Shown piece after piece: positions 53,350 to 64,000 of a DNA stretch of 64,000 nucleotides. Both the position numbers and the translations under genes were made by a program. The stretch's first letter is position 1; every line of letters starts with the position of its first letter. The notes under the pieces were generated by a model, which worked only from the letters and a program-made list of their open reading frames with translations, was not told where the DNA came from and ran no database searches. The stretch comes from Octopus vulgaris (Eukaryota). The stretch is from NCBI GenBank assembly GCA_951406725.2, contig OX597817.1, positions 60,078,001 through 60,142,000 on the forward strand, read 5' to 3'.

Positions 53350-54191
53350 TACATACAAATAATATATACACACACCTACGTAGATGATACCATCTATAAT
53401 ATGCTTGGTTAGTGAAAGTTTTAAAGGAAACCATCAAAGTGGAGCTGAGAACCACCAAATGCCAAACAATATCTAATTCTGACCTTTTATGTTTCAAGTT
53501 AAATTCTCCAGCAATTAACTTTATTTCTCATCCCTTCTCTGCTTAATACATCCAAAGTGGCTGACTTCATCGAGAGTTCAGTGAGTCGGTGGTGGAATCA
53601 TCTGGCCATCAGATATAACACTTTACAATATTCTTTCAGCTTACCCACACTCTGAGTTCAAACTATGCTCAGGCCAACATTACCTTTGATCCATTCAAGG
53701 TCAACCAATGAAATACCAGTGTATACTGTGATTGATTCTTCTTCTCTCTCTCTCTCTCTCTCATATAGGTATGACATTGGTGTCAAATTATGGCACAAAG
53801 CCAGCAATTTCAGGAGGTGCTCAACTGGTACTTATTTTATTGACCCTGAAGAGATGAAGGGCAAAGTTGACCTCACAATGTAAAGATGGACAAAATGCCA
53901 CTAAATATTTTGCCAGGTACGCAAACGATTTGGCCAGCTTGCTGCCTAATACAGGTATGACATTAAACTGTGTCCAGTAGTGAGGCCCTGGCAGAAGAGT
54001 CAGGGTTTTGAAGAGTGAGGGGACACCTCTCGACCACTATTGTGCATCTGACCCAGACTAGGAGCACCTGTGATGGCTCCAGCTATGGGTTAACAAGTAC
54101 ATGAACCACTGTGGGTGAAGGACCCCTAGCTCTCATGTGCAGCCATTTCTGGTCATCCCAATGTCTGTTGTGCCACTGACATTTATAACCG

Positions 54192-54568
54192 ACTAGCAGT
54201 ATCGCCCGGCGTTGCTCAGGTTTGTAAGGGAAATAACTATAAAGCATTTTTAGAGAGTTATAGCCAAAAAATAGCAAAAAAATGGAAAATTTTTTTTTGA
54301 GATTTAAAAAAGGTGGAGTTGCGTCCCCTAGACAGTTTGTGGTTTGTGTTTCTCATTGTCGACCCCATGTCGAATTTATCGATTTTTTTCAGAACTGGGG
54401 GAACTTTTCAAAATTTTCGCTGCGTTAGTTTTGAATTATGACATTGGGCTATGTGTGTGTCAAGTTTCATCAGAATCGGTTGAAAGCCGTGGTCAGGGTG
54501 AGGGTACAAGCAAACAGACACACAGAAACACGCACAGACAAACTGCCGTTTATATATAGAGAGAGATT
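54192..54568 (+). mobile_element. non-autonomous Helitron/Helentron (HINE-like) element
   Basis: starts actagcagtatcgcccggcgttgct, has a caga/caca microsatellite near the end, ends tatatatagagagagatt. Confidence 0.7.
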
Positions 54569-55738
54569 GTATTAAAAAGTGGGTCCAGTGCTGTGCGACA
54601 CTTTATCAACTGAAATTCACAAATAGGAACTCCTTTTTGGACCCTCAAAATACTTGCACAGACTGACCGAGTTTTAAGAAGTGACTTTACTCAGTCAGGA
54701 ATTGATTTACAGCATATCTTTGATTCTTTTACTTGTTTCAGTCGTTGGATGGCGGCCATGCTGGGGCACCACCTTGAAGAAGTTTTAGTCGAATGAATTG
54801 ACTCCAGTACTTCTTTCTCTTTAAGCTTGGTACTCATTCTATCAGTCTTTTTTGCTGAACTGCTAAGTTATGGAGATGTAAACACACCAGCACTGGTTGC
54901 CAAGGGGTAATGGGACAAACCCAGACACAAACACACACACAAATATATATACACACACATATACATGATGGGCTTCTTTCAGTTTCTATCTACCAAATCC
55001 ATTCACAAGGCTTTGGTCAACCTGGAGCAATAGTAGAAGACACTTGCCCCAAAGTGCCACACAGAGGGACTGAACCTAGAACCAGGTGGGTGGGAAGCAA
55101 GCTTCTTACTACACAGCCACACTTGTGCCTTGTGTTTTAAAGCTGCAGCCTGGCCACGGTGTCTTGCTGATTCAGCCTGAAAAATTGCATCAAGTGTACC
55201 AGTACCTGTGAAATATCCAATCATGTTAATTTCATTCATAGGAATTGTTGATCATCAAAACTAATTGAGAATCCAACACCGTAATTAAAAAAAAGAAAAT
55301 AAAAAGAAAACTTTAAAAAAAAAAAACTGTGGTTAAGAAGCTTGCTTTGCAACTGTGTGTTTTTGGGTTCAGTCCCACTACACAGCACCTTGGGCAAGTG
55401 TCTTCTGCTATGGTCTTGAGCCAACCAATGTCTTGTGAGTGAATTTAGTAGACAGAAACTGAAAGAAGCCTCTTGCGTGTGGGTGTGTGTGTGTGTGTAC
55501 CTTAGACTTGACATCACAAGATGTTGTAAATGAGTGTCACTGTTATACAAGCAAGGTGGTTCCTTTCCAGTCTTCCACGAAAAGCATGTCTGGCCATGGG
55601 GAAATATTACCTTACTTGGAAACAGGTGAGGGTTGGCAACAGGAAAGGCATCCAGTCATAGAAAACCCTCTTCAACAAAATTCCGACTCATGCAAGAATG
55701 GAAAAGTGGATGATAAATGATGATGATGAACAACTTAC

Positions 55739-55783
55739 TACCTCGATTTTTGTTTGTTTTTCATTGTCTCTAAATTGCACCAT
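55739..55783 (-). CDS. candidate alternative first coding exon (MVQFRDNEKQTKIEV)
   Basis: ATG plus 15 open codons ending in phase 0 at GTA|gtaagt, in non-repetitive sequence. Confidence 0.3.
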
Positions 55784-55927
55784 TCTTCACTTAATCTTTA
55801 TCCTGGATTTGCCCAAGATTAATTTTTTGTTAGATAAAGAAATATCTACAATTTTCGTTAGTCTTTCATTGAAATAAAATATGGCTACAAAAATTTTAAC
55901 AGCTTCTGACAACAGCAGATGACTTAC

Positions 55928-55995
55928 AACCAAAGAGACAGATATATGTCTTAATATATTTTCCAATTCACACTTCAGTGAACAGTTCTCACTCT
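55928..55995 (-). CDS. candidate short exon ([E]SENCSLKCELENILRHISVSLV, or UTR)
   Basis: acceptor ttttccctcttttttctgttag, donor GTT|gtaagt, open frame phase 1 to 0. Confidence 0.3.
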
Positions 55996-58014
55996 CTAAC
56001 AGAAAAAAGAGGGAAAATAAAATCAACATTCCTGAACTAGTTCCCTTTCGCAAATTTTCCAGACGTCTTCACACATACAAGTAAATGGATCAATGAAAAA
56101 AATGTAGGTTTAAAGTTGGTGGTCAGTGATGCAAATCAGAATAAAATATGAACCGATTTGACATTGAAACATTGAAATCTGTTGACTCAGCAAAATTCAG
56201 TGAATTAATTTTTATCATTAGTCTTTCTTTCTTTGTAATAGAAACAAATATTTGCTTAGTTGTGGGTCTTTTTACTTTTTTTTTTTTTAGTTCTATTTCC
56301 TTTCTGCACTTTTATAAGAACAGACTGGACTGAGAGCAGGAAATATTGCACTGGGAAATAAAATAGAATAAAATTGTTACTCTATTCAGTCATTGGACTG
56401 TGGCCATTCTGGAGTTCTGCCTTGGAGGGTTTAAGTCAAACAAATCAACCCCAGGACTTGAGAGGTTTTTTCAGGCTTTTTGGCCTTTTAGGTCTGGTAA
56501 TTATTATTATTTTTTTTGCTGAATTGCTAAGTTATGGGGATGTACACAAATCGGTTATGGTTGTAAAGTGGGGGGCGGGGTGTAACAAATACAGACACAA
56601 ACACCCCCCCACACACATAACAGGCTTCCACACAGTTTCTGTCTATCAGATTCACTAACAAGGAATTGGTTGACTTGGGACTATAGTGGGAGACATTTGT
56701 TCAAGGTGTTGCCCAGCAGGGTTGAAACCAGAACCACGAGGTTGTAAAGCAATCTTCTTAATGACACAGTCTCATTCTTGTGCCAACCAATCAAGAAATT
56801 TTGAAGAATCTCATAAAATAACCTTTTCTGCTTTTGTTTCAATTCATTTTGTAAATAATGAAGAATTTAGTAAAATAACTTGGTTATTAATTAATCTGGA
56901 ACATAAATTAATTTGAAATTTCTGGAAGATTAAATTGTACTCTTTTACTCATTTCAGTCATGCGGCTGCGGTCATGCTGGAGCACCACCATTGTAGATCA
57001 CCTTAAAATAGGAAGTTGGTATTCTAGAACCAGGGGCAGTTTCAGGCAGTTTGAATAAAAAGGGTTCATCTGTGTTTAAAGCATAACCAATTGAAAAGTT
57101 CTCAAATATAAAATACATCATTATCATCACCATCATTTAACAGCCATGTTCCATACTGGCAAAGGTTGGACAGTTTGGAAAAATATGATGGTTCTAAGGA
57201 CAGTAGAGTGTTCAGTTTCTGCTCCTGAATAGTTTCTACAGCTGGATGTCCTTCTTAATGCCAACCACTTTACCCCAAGTGCTTTTTTCATGTGGCACCA
57301 ACACTAGTGAGGTTAACATGCAGCTAGCAAAAACTACAAACATCAAGGAAGGCAGGGCAACCTTATGTTTAGCGATGATGGGTTAATGCAGGATAGAAAG
57401 TGGTTGGGGTGGCGGAGTAGATTTTTTTAAGAGAAGCTGCATGGCTACCCACATTTAGAAGAGAAAGAATGAGAATGGTCACTAAGAAGTTCAAAGAGAT
57501 AAATAGCAGAGAAGATCATAATTTAATATGAACACTTTAAAATGGTAAGCTTTTGTGTGTTATGGAACCAGGGTTGGTCTCAGGTGAGAAGGCATAAAAA
57601 GAGTTGAAAAAAATAAAAAGTAAAAAAAGCTTTCACTGACTTAAAAAAAAAAAAATACATCAAATACATCTCCAGAAACAATGATTTTTATCAATGTTGT
57701 TTCAATCAAAATTATAACGAGGCAACTTAGCATCCATTACATATGCGTATCTCTCTCTCTTTCACTTGTTCCATTTAATATTCTGTTTAGGTATGTGAAA
57801 CTAAATTCTAAGAGGGTTACCAACCAGAAGTACAATTACGGGCAGGAAATAAAAATCTGTGTGGAAACAATTACACATTTTCACATACATTTGTTTCTCA
57901 TGTTACCCTGAGTTAAAACTATAGAAAAGGTATTGTGTAGGTTGCTAATGAACGCAATAAAACTGAATGAACAAAAGCTCGTTAAAACAATTAGTAATTG
58001 ACACGTTCATAAAA

Positions 58015-58226
58015 GTCAAGACAAGATTATATTTAGAGTCAAGACTATATTTAGGGTCTAGACTATATTTAGGGTCTAGACTATATTTAGGGTCTAGACT
58101 ATATTTAGGGTCTAGACTATATTTAGGGTCAAGACTATATTTAGGGTCAAGACTATATTTAGGGTCTAGACTATATTTAGGGTCTAGACTATATTTAGAG
58201 TCAAGACTATATTTAGAGTCAAGACA
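58015..58226. repeat. 18-bp minisatellite (agactatatttagggtct), about 11 copies
   Basis: direct inspection; explains the RLYLGS-repeat ORF. Confidence 0.95.
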
Positions 58227-58924
58227 AAATTATAGTTTGAGAATCATCACTGAGAAAGTTTAGAATTGACGCTCCAGAGGAGAGATTCTTCAGGTTTATT
58301 TAGCTTCTGCCTTTTTTGGAATGGGTCTTCAGCCACTGGGGATGTGGCACATTTGGTACTGGGCCACATAGATATGATGAAGATGATGATGAAGATGATG
58401 ATGATGATGTATTTATGCATGTATGCATAAATAATGACAAATATCTGCTGAGAAAGAAGTGTTTTTGTTATGACAGCAGGCAATTACAGGTGCCATTCCC
58501 AGATGCTTTGGTGCCAGTTCTGAAAGCAAAGTAAATGAAGGAAACTCACAGATTACACTGTGCTATACCACTGCCTTGCCCATCTGACCATTTCACCACA
58601 ACCATATATGGGAGTCTGTCAGCAAAAAAGCTAGTGGCTATAATTATATATATGAAGACAATTGGCCTGCAAGAATTTTGTGCCAGTTCCACATAAAAAC
58701 CCCCAGCACACACTGTAGAGTGGTAAGCATTAGGAAGAGCATCCAGTTGTAGAAACCATGCTAAATCAGACTGGAGTTGGGTGCAGCTGTCAAGCTTGCC
58801 AGCTCTGGTCAAACCGTATAAACCATGCCAGCATGGACATTAAATGATGATAATGATGTATTGGCAAAAAACTGGTAGGTATATTATTTACATTTGATGG
58901 ATATTTGTCCTCATCTTTGTTGTT

Positions 58925-58970
58925 AACACAACATTTCAGCTGATATACCCTCCAGCCTTCATCAGGTGTC
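58925..58970 (-). ncRNA. minimal type I hammerhead motif (inverted partner copy)
   Basis: gacac-CTGATGA-a-ggctg-(10 nt)-cagct-GAAAT-GTT-gtgtt. Confidence 0.6.
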
Positions 58971-59018
58971 TTGGGGAAATTTCAAACCTGGGTTCTCATT
59001 CCTAAGGTATTTCCCCAA

Positions 59019-59064
59019 GACATCTGATGAAGGCTGGAGGGTATATCAGCTGAAACGTTGTGTT
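59019..59064 (+). ncRNA. minimal type I hammerhead motif, canonical CUGAUGA core
   Basis: gacat-CTGATGA-a-ggctg-gagggtatat-cagct-GAAAC-GTT-gtgtt; palindromic ACGU stem III. Confidence 0.7.
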
Positions 59065-62000
59065 AACAACAAGCAAGATGAGGACAAATATCCGTCGAAT
59101 GTAAATAATTCCTCATCTCTTAAATATAGAACTGAACTGGTAGGTATACCTATATATAAGTGGATGGGCAGAAAGCTGGTAGGTATATCTATATACGAGT
59201 GTGTTGGCAGCTAAGTGAATGTGTGTTTCTATAAACCACATCAGTTTATCCTAATTTTTACCTTCATTTATTCCCAACTGCTGCTATTTCACTGTCTCTA
59301 GGTAAATAAAGGAATTCTATCATTAAAATGGCCAATGGAAGAAGAACTTCTTGTAAAGTTACCTGTTGCACAAGGAAAATTATTCAAGAAACCTCCTCTT
59401 TTGAGAAAGAGAGCAGGAGACCAGTTTATGAATTGACTGTATACAAGCACTTGTAATACAATAGGACCCTCACACACACACACACTGTGGTATGAATATG
59501 TTGCAGAAGGCCATTGTGATTTCTTGTACTAAAGAGATATATACACATATACATATGTAGTAGACATATGTGTTAGTGAGTCATTCTATAGTTCACAGAA
59601 AAATTGTGGACGTGTGTATGAATAATATCCCAGTTCTCATAAAACACACACAAGTATACTAACTCACCCCCTTGCCTCACACACAAAGGTAGACACAGTG
59701 AATGATTTTATTGCCTCACAAAGAAAAGGTGTGTGTAAAAGAAAAAAACTTGTATATTTTCATGCAACAAAAGAAATCACACACACAAGTAAAAGTAAAT
59801 GAAGACACTGAAAGAAAGAAAAAAAAACCACCTGAGAGGAGTGTTTGTGTCGCTGCACACACACTCACAAACAAGATTGCATTTCCAGGCAAAGATAAAC
59901 CATAGACTTTATTAATAACCCCAAGCACAACCTCCCATTCATTAAGTCAGCGAAGGAATGCTTGACATATAAAGAAACATCAAACTGAACTAAATCATGG
60001 TCACTTGAGACTGACTTTATTATGTTTCATTTCCTAACAATGAAACCCAACAGACATTTATGCATGTGTGGTGAGTGTGTTTCTATCATCCTCTTTATTT
60101 AAAGTCAGTTGGATGGCTTGACAGGAGTTGGCAAGCCAGAGGATTGCACCCAGCTCCATTGCCCGTTTTGGTGGCAGGCCCTTCCTAACGCCAACCACTT
60201 AACAGAGTAGACTGTGCTTTTCATGTGAATGATTTGTAGGTATGTGGTGTGTGTGTGTGTATCATCATCATCTTCATTTGACATTTGGCTTCCATGCTGG
60301 CATGGGTTGGTTAGACAGACTAACAGAAGTTGGAGCTGGCAAGGCTGGAGAGTCATACCAGGCTCCTTTGTTTGCCTTGGCAAAATTTCTAAGGCTGGAT
60401 TCCCTTCCTAATACCAACCACTTTACAGAGTGTACTGGGTGCTTTTTATGTGGCACCAACACCAGTGGGGTTACCAAGTAACTTGCAAGATGAAAACCTC
60501 TCAGCTAGGAGAGGGAGTGGTACCAAGGAAAGTGGCTTTGTGCCAAGTCAAAGGTCAGGGTGTAATAGAGATAGGTGTCTTACTATAGGAGATACTTGGC
60601 TACCCCATGTGTGTGTGTGTATACACACACACGCACACACATACAATGTATGTATATTCTTATTCACCATTTTTACGTCTGTTTTTCCATGCCTGCATGG
60701 GTTTGGTGATGACTCATAGATCTTTATGCTCCTTTTGAACCAAATCTCACCCTAAGTGACAATCAAGGATAGATATACATTAAGGCAAAGCACAAAACTG
60801 CTTGCATCACTGCCCCTCACTTACAGTAGGTTCCACAACTTAGTGGTTAGCATATATGAAAGAGCATCATCATCGTTTAACGTCCGCTTTCCATGCTAGC
60901 ATGGGTTGGACGGTAAAAAAGGATTGTTCCAAAATATACCCTCCTCTTTATACTAGCATAGTAGTAATAGTAGCATGGGGGTGGGGGCTGTAACAGCATG
61001 TTGCTGCAGCCACCATTTGTTGGCAATTCCCTATTCCAGGTGGATGACTCTTTTGCACCATCATTTACATTTGACAGATATTTGTCCTCATCTTGTTTGT
61101 TGTTAACACAACATTTCATTTCATAAACAAAGGGAGATGCACAAAGTGAAATCAGTTATTAACATTATTTAATGTGAACAACCAAACAATTCCAAAATGA
61201 AAGAGAAAATATTGAAAAAAAAAAAAAAATGAAACGAAGCAGGAATGGCTGTGTGGTCAAGAAACTTAGTTTGAAACGATGTCGTTTTCAGTTCCATCCC
61301 AATGTACAGCACTTTTGGGCTATAATCTTGTACTCCAGCCCCAATTCAACCAATGCTTTGTGAGTGAATTTGGTAGATGGAAACTGTGTGGAAGCCTATC
61401 ATACACATGTCTGTGTGTCTATGCTTTTGTTTGTCTCCCCACCACCACCACCACCAAATGCTTGACAACCAGTGTTGTTTTGTTTATGTCCCCGTAACTT
61501 AGTGACAGATAAAATAAGTACTGGGGTTGATTTGTTTGATTAAACCCTTCAAGACAGTGGTGCCACAGCCTGGCCACAGCCCAAAGACTATAACAAGTAA
61601 AAGAGAAAAGATAAACATTTAATTTATTGAAAAGGTGTGGGTCACTTAACGCAAGACCTTACCATATATTTCCTTACCGGAGCACCATTTAAAGACTGTC
61701 TCCAAATGTTTCTAAAATTAAGATAATCAAGGAGACCTTATCTTTTACCAATGTACAGCTATGATAGAATTTGAAGTCGGCATTAAAAGATAACAAAACA
61801 CTCAAAGAGCCAGCCAGGGGTCCTCTACACCCACCATGGGACTTTCTGAATAGCACCCTAATGAAAAATTACTTTGAATCTTTTTTAGTAGTGCAACCTA
61901 CACAATCATAACTAGGTCTTATGTGGTCTGCTTCTTGAAAACAGTTGCCCATGCCTGCTCTACAGTCAATAGAACTTGCTAGAAATAGCTGTCAAATTTA

Positions 62001-62944
62001 TCTCAATGCTTTGGGGATCTTAAAAAAAAAGGAAAGATATATTGAGAAACACACTTAGATAAAACTCTTTGATATCTCTGAAAATATTTTCAGTTCATTG
62101 AAGTTTATTATTTCCCAAATCTAGGTAAACTGAAGGAATGCAGTATTAAAGAGAACTTGTATCCCGAACAGATAATGAAACCCTTGTTATTCAAACTCAA
62201 GATGTGTTAGGTGAAGAGAATATTCATTTTGCAGAGGAAGAGAAAAAGAGAAAACGAGAATAGAAGCGGTGACGAGTAAGGTGGGTGGAATAGAAAAGGT
62301 AAATAGCTGGACAACCAGTTTTAGATAATCATTAGGTACATAGTGGTACATAAAAGCCAAAGTCTAGCAGGAAATTCTCAGAACGTGCTGAGCTTCACAC
62401 ACGTGACACCAAAAAGGTTTTTTGAAGTGTATTTTCCCTTTGTTTTAATCAAAATATTTTGTTTCAATTTCACTTACTTCTTAGGAAAGCATTGATCACT
62501 ATTTACATGTATGTATACACAATGTGTACACACATACACACACACATATATATAAGGATAAGATCGTTAAGTTAAAATAAAATAACAATTTTATCAAGTG
62601 GCCAGCATGGAAAAAATAACCTTCAAAGGTAATAATTATTAAAATTATAAATTAGGGTATCTACGAGATACCGCCATGCTGAAAATAGCACCCATGATCT
62701 GACTCTAAAACCACCTTAATTGTCCATATTGCAAACACGGAGAGAAAACAAAGAGACAAGATGAAACTAGTAAAAAATTACTGGATTTATGCATGAGTAA
62801 ATGTACACAGAGGTTTGCTCTTAGTTAGCAAAAATAAAAAATAACACATTTTATGTAGTTGAAGTTGCCTCGTTAGGACAAGAGCACTGAGTAAACCTGT
62901 TTCAGGTAAAAACTCAAACAACATCTCATCCTTCACAACGATCT

Positions 62945-63293
62945 TTTATCTGTTACTTGTTAGTCATTGGACTGTGGCCATGCTGGGGTACTGCCTTGAA
63001 GGGTTTAGTTGAACAATCTGATCTCAGTGATTATTTCTTAATACTGCTGCTTAATCTTGGTCTTTTGCTGAACTGCTAAGTTATGGGGATGTAAACAAAC
63101 CCACACCAGTTGTCAAGAAAGACTGGGGGACAAACACACACATATATATATGTGATGGGCTTCTTTCAGTTTTTAGTTACCAAATCCACTCACAAAGCTT
63201 TGTTTGGCCCTGAGCTACAATGGAAGACACTTGCCCAAGGTGCCATGCAGTGGGACTGAACCTGGAACTGTGTGGTTGGGAAGAAAACTTCTT
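62945..63293 (-). mobile_element. SINE family B copy
   Basis: same structure as 3315-3701, 4695-5100, 20590-20955 and 54725-55125. Confidence 0.8.
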
Positions 63294-63863
63294 ATTGGTC
63301 ATCTAAGTTGACAAAGGGACACAGGTTGAACTTGCACTCAAGCAGTTTCACTACTCTTACATGTTCTGACTTATTTCCAGCATAGCCAACAGCCTCCATA
63401 GAAATACCCAGCAAGCAATTGATTTTCCATTTAAGAATATACAAGATGGGAACTTTGATGGTGACTTAATGATCCTTGAAAAGTTATATCAATTAATTTT
63501 CTAGTGCATGCATATCTGAGTCCAGGGTGAGTGTATTTCTTTCAATTTATCCATATCAATACTAACCAGTCTTCAAATCAAATTGATTGATCCAAAACAG
63601 CTGGTTAGACATTTCAAGATATATTAATCAATGTTTTACCTATTATATAATAGATATATTCAGAATAGAGTTTGTGTTGTGGAAGTTTGTATTATTGTGT
63701 ACTGAGCACTATAGTCACGGTTTGAAACTAATGGAAACAAATCATTGCTTTTGAATAAGGTATGAGATGATATTCCCACAAGACCTGCTCCATATTTTCT
63801 TTCTTGGGTTATAGGGCAGTGCGGAAGTAGTTGTCTGACCCAAATATAAGAGATGCTTGCCAA

Positions 63864-63964
63864 AGATTTGAACTCAAGGCCTATAATAGCCAGGGGCTGA
63901 AGATTTGAACTTAAGGCCTATAATAGCCGGAGCTAAAGATATGAATTCAAGGCCTATAATAGCT
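63864..63964. repeat. about 37-bp tandem repeat, three copies
   Basis: agatttgaactcaaggcctataatagc repeated three times. Confidence 0.85.
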
Positions 63965-64000
63965 GTGGAACAGGAAGAAATGTAATCAGAAATAGTTTGT

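Larger units (their letters stand above)
58884..59134. mobile_element. inverted pair of hammerhead-bearing PLE-like ends with 14-bp target duplication
   Basis: 58884-58980 is inverted relative to 59009-59108; aactggtaggtata at 58870-58883 and 59135-59148. Confidence 0.85.

Noticed and set aside
55730-55746. let-7-like string (gaggtagtaagttg on the minus strand)
   Set aside because: Diverges at the 3' end with no complementary arm; better explained as a splice donor
57967-58263. RLYLGS repeat protein or CRISPR-like array
   Set aside because: Contiguous 18-bp minisatellite without spacers; the ORF is a by-product
61678-61711. 34-nt minus-strand microexon
   Set aside because: Splice signals are plausible but expected by chance, with no other support
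49-63863. ORFs in the supplied six-frame track as genes
   Set aside because: They are short and arise from microsatellites, SINEs or LINE fragments; recurring peptides such as LQLDALPNAN mark SINE copies

Overview
AT-rich, microsatellite-dense eukaryotic non-coding DNA. The repeat content looks like an octopus/coleoid cephalopod intron or intergenic region; this is inferred from the SINE families and was not checked against a database. No ORF in the supplied track is a credible intact gene. The window is a mosaic of tRNA-derived SINEs, RTE/CR1/R4-Dong LINE 3' fragments, MITEs (piggyBac, hAT/MULE, foldback), a Helitron/HINE-like element and a solo LTR. A few short candidate exons of an unidentified host gene are also present. 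The most notable signal is a set of at least six unrelated short elements, each carrying a minimal type I hammerhead ribozyme (HHR) fold of the Penelope-like-element (PLE) kind. Most have non-canonical cores: CCGAUGA, GUGAACA (a G3-C8 compensatory swap), CUGUNGA, or a long stem II insert. They often sit inside inverted repeats or beside (TA)n tracts. One family joins a tRNA-derived Pol III head to the HHR tail. A pre-miRNA-like hairpin lies at 26417-26483. All folds were read by eye, not computed.
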